This document shows, piece by piece, positions 62,932 through 64,000 of a stretch of 64,000 bases of DNA. The stretch covers positions 73,183-137,182 of the forward strand of contig JBJEFL010000028.1 of NCBI GenBank assembly GCA_051873995.1. Reading direction: 5' to 3'. The DNA is from Bacillus sp. (in: firmicutes). Its GTDB lineage: Bacteria > Bacillota > Bacilli > Bacillales > DSM-1321. Position numbers and translations under genes: made by a program. The notes beneath the pieces were generated by a model, which was not told where the DNA came from, did no database searches, and saw nothing but the letters and a program-made list of their open reading frames with translations. Each line of letters begins with the position of its first letter. Position 1 is the stretch's first letter.

Positions 62932-64000
62932 TTAAGCTGTTTTTTCTGTTTCATCTTGTTGCGCTTGTTTAGCATAACGAGCTTTCATACCTCTGTAGTA
63001 AACAACGAATAGACCTAACCAAGCTGCAGCTAACAGAAGACCCCAGTAATTGCCGTTCACAACATCCGCCGCTTGAGCGAACGCATAACGGAAATCAGGG
63101 AATTCCAATGTACTCCAAGATAACATTTGGCCTTCTGGAACAGCCACCACACCTGTATCTTTTGCCAATTGTGTAATTGTCGGCGCAAATAATGTAGCTC
63201 CGTATAAGAACACCGGTGTTGTGACAATACCTAAAATGATCATACGTAGTAAGTTACCACCCGTAACGATTAATGCCGGTACAGCTAGTGAAAGGTTAAT
63301 AATACCTGCAAATGGTAACACTGCATTGCCTGGCAAGATGATGGCATACAGTAAAGTGATTGGAACCCAGATGATACATGCTACCCAAACTTCATTACAT
63401 CCAGCCATGAATGGCCAGTCCAAACCGATAAAGAATTCACGCCCTTTGAATTTCGCTTTCATGAATTCAGAAGCGGCATCAGATAAAGGTGCAAGCGCTT
63501 GCATAAATAGTTTCGCTACCATCGGGAACAATGTTAAAGCCGCTGCTGCTTGCACACCAAGTACTAAAATGTCCGCCACAGAATATTGAGCGAAAATACC
63601 GATCAACACCCCAATAATGAAGCCCATTACATGGTTTTCTGCAAATACACCCAGTTTTTGTTTTAACCAGTTTGCATCGATATGTTTATCCAGACCAGGG
63701 ATATAGTCCATTAATTTGTTTAAAGGATATAGAATAACACCGAATAATGTCATACTATGTGTAGTTGTTACACCAGGAATATTCGTCAAGTCCTGAATTT
63801 GCTTTTGGTTGACATCCGCCATTTTTAATTCAACGACCATTTGGATTGCCGCTACGACAAAGGCTAAAGGTACACTGCCTGAAACCCCTACTACTAATAC
63901 TGCTGTAAAAATTTTACCCCACACATTCCATAAGTCCACGTTCAATGTGTCTGTCTGTTTCATCGCCAGCATGACAACATTGATACCAATTTGAAGAGGG
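62932..64000 (-). CDS. PTS galactitol-family (GatC) EIIC component, 5' end outside the window
   Basis: Frame open to the edge (PLQIGINVVMLAM); TLNVDLWNVW, FAENHVMGFIIG, GLDWPFMAG motifs. Confidence 0.92.
   Translation of the reverse strand, partial: PLQIGINVVMLAMKQTDTLNVDLWNVWGKIFTAVLVVGVSGSVPLAFVVAAIQMVVELKMADVNQKQIQDLTNIPGVTTTHSMTLFGVILYPLNKLMDYIPGLDKHIDANWLKQKLGVFAENHVMGFIIGVLIGIFAQYSVADILVLGVQAAAALTLFPMVAKLFMQALAPLSDAASEFMKAKFKGREFFIGLDWPFMAGCNEVWVACIIWVPITLLYAIILPGNAVLPFAGIINLSLAVPALIVTGGNLLRMIILGIVTTPVFLYGATLFAPTITQLAKDTGVVAVPEGQMLSWSTLEFPDFRYAFAQAADVVNGNYWGLLLAAAWLGLFVVYYRGMKARYAKQAQQDETEKTA

Overview
Mostly core chromosome of a spore-forming Bacillaceae bacterium, largely syntenic with the B. 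subtilis spoIIR-prfA-rho-pyrG-rpoE-argS-pta-ung-pdxK region; a perfect parS site suggests it lies on an origin-proximal arm. No rRNA, tRNA, CRISPR array, transposase or prophage gene was seen. Insertions into the backbone are a LnrLMN/YfiLMN-like ABC exporter, an orphan O-antigen-ligase-family membrane protein, a module of a MalK/MalR-like two-component system + AEC permease + D-2-hydroxyacid dehydrogenase (with a perfect Rex box, a cre-like site and a 13-bp palindrome) between fba and tal, and, at the right edge, a galactitol-family PTS/PfkB/class II aldolase/second GlpX cluster. Other notable items: a decayed speE, a strongly divergent uracil-DNA glycosylase at the ung position, two families of small non-coding intergenic repeats (one MITE-like with variable-length flanking duplications) and several structured leaders. 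Many start codons were moved from the ORF track to the start best supported by an RBS. Family assignments rest on motif recognition from memory; no database searches were run.
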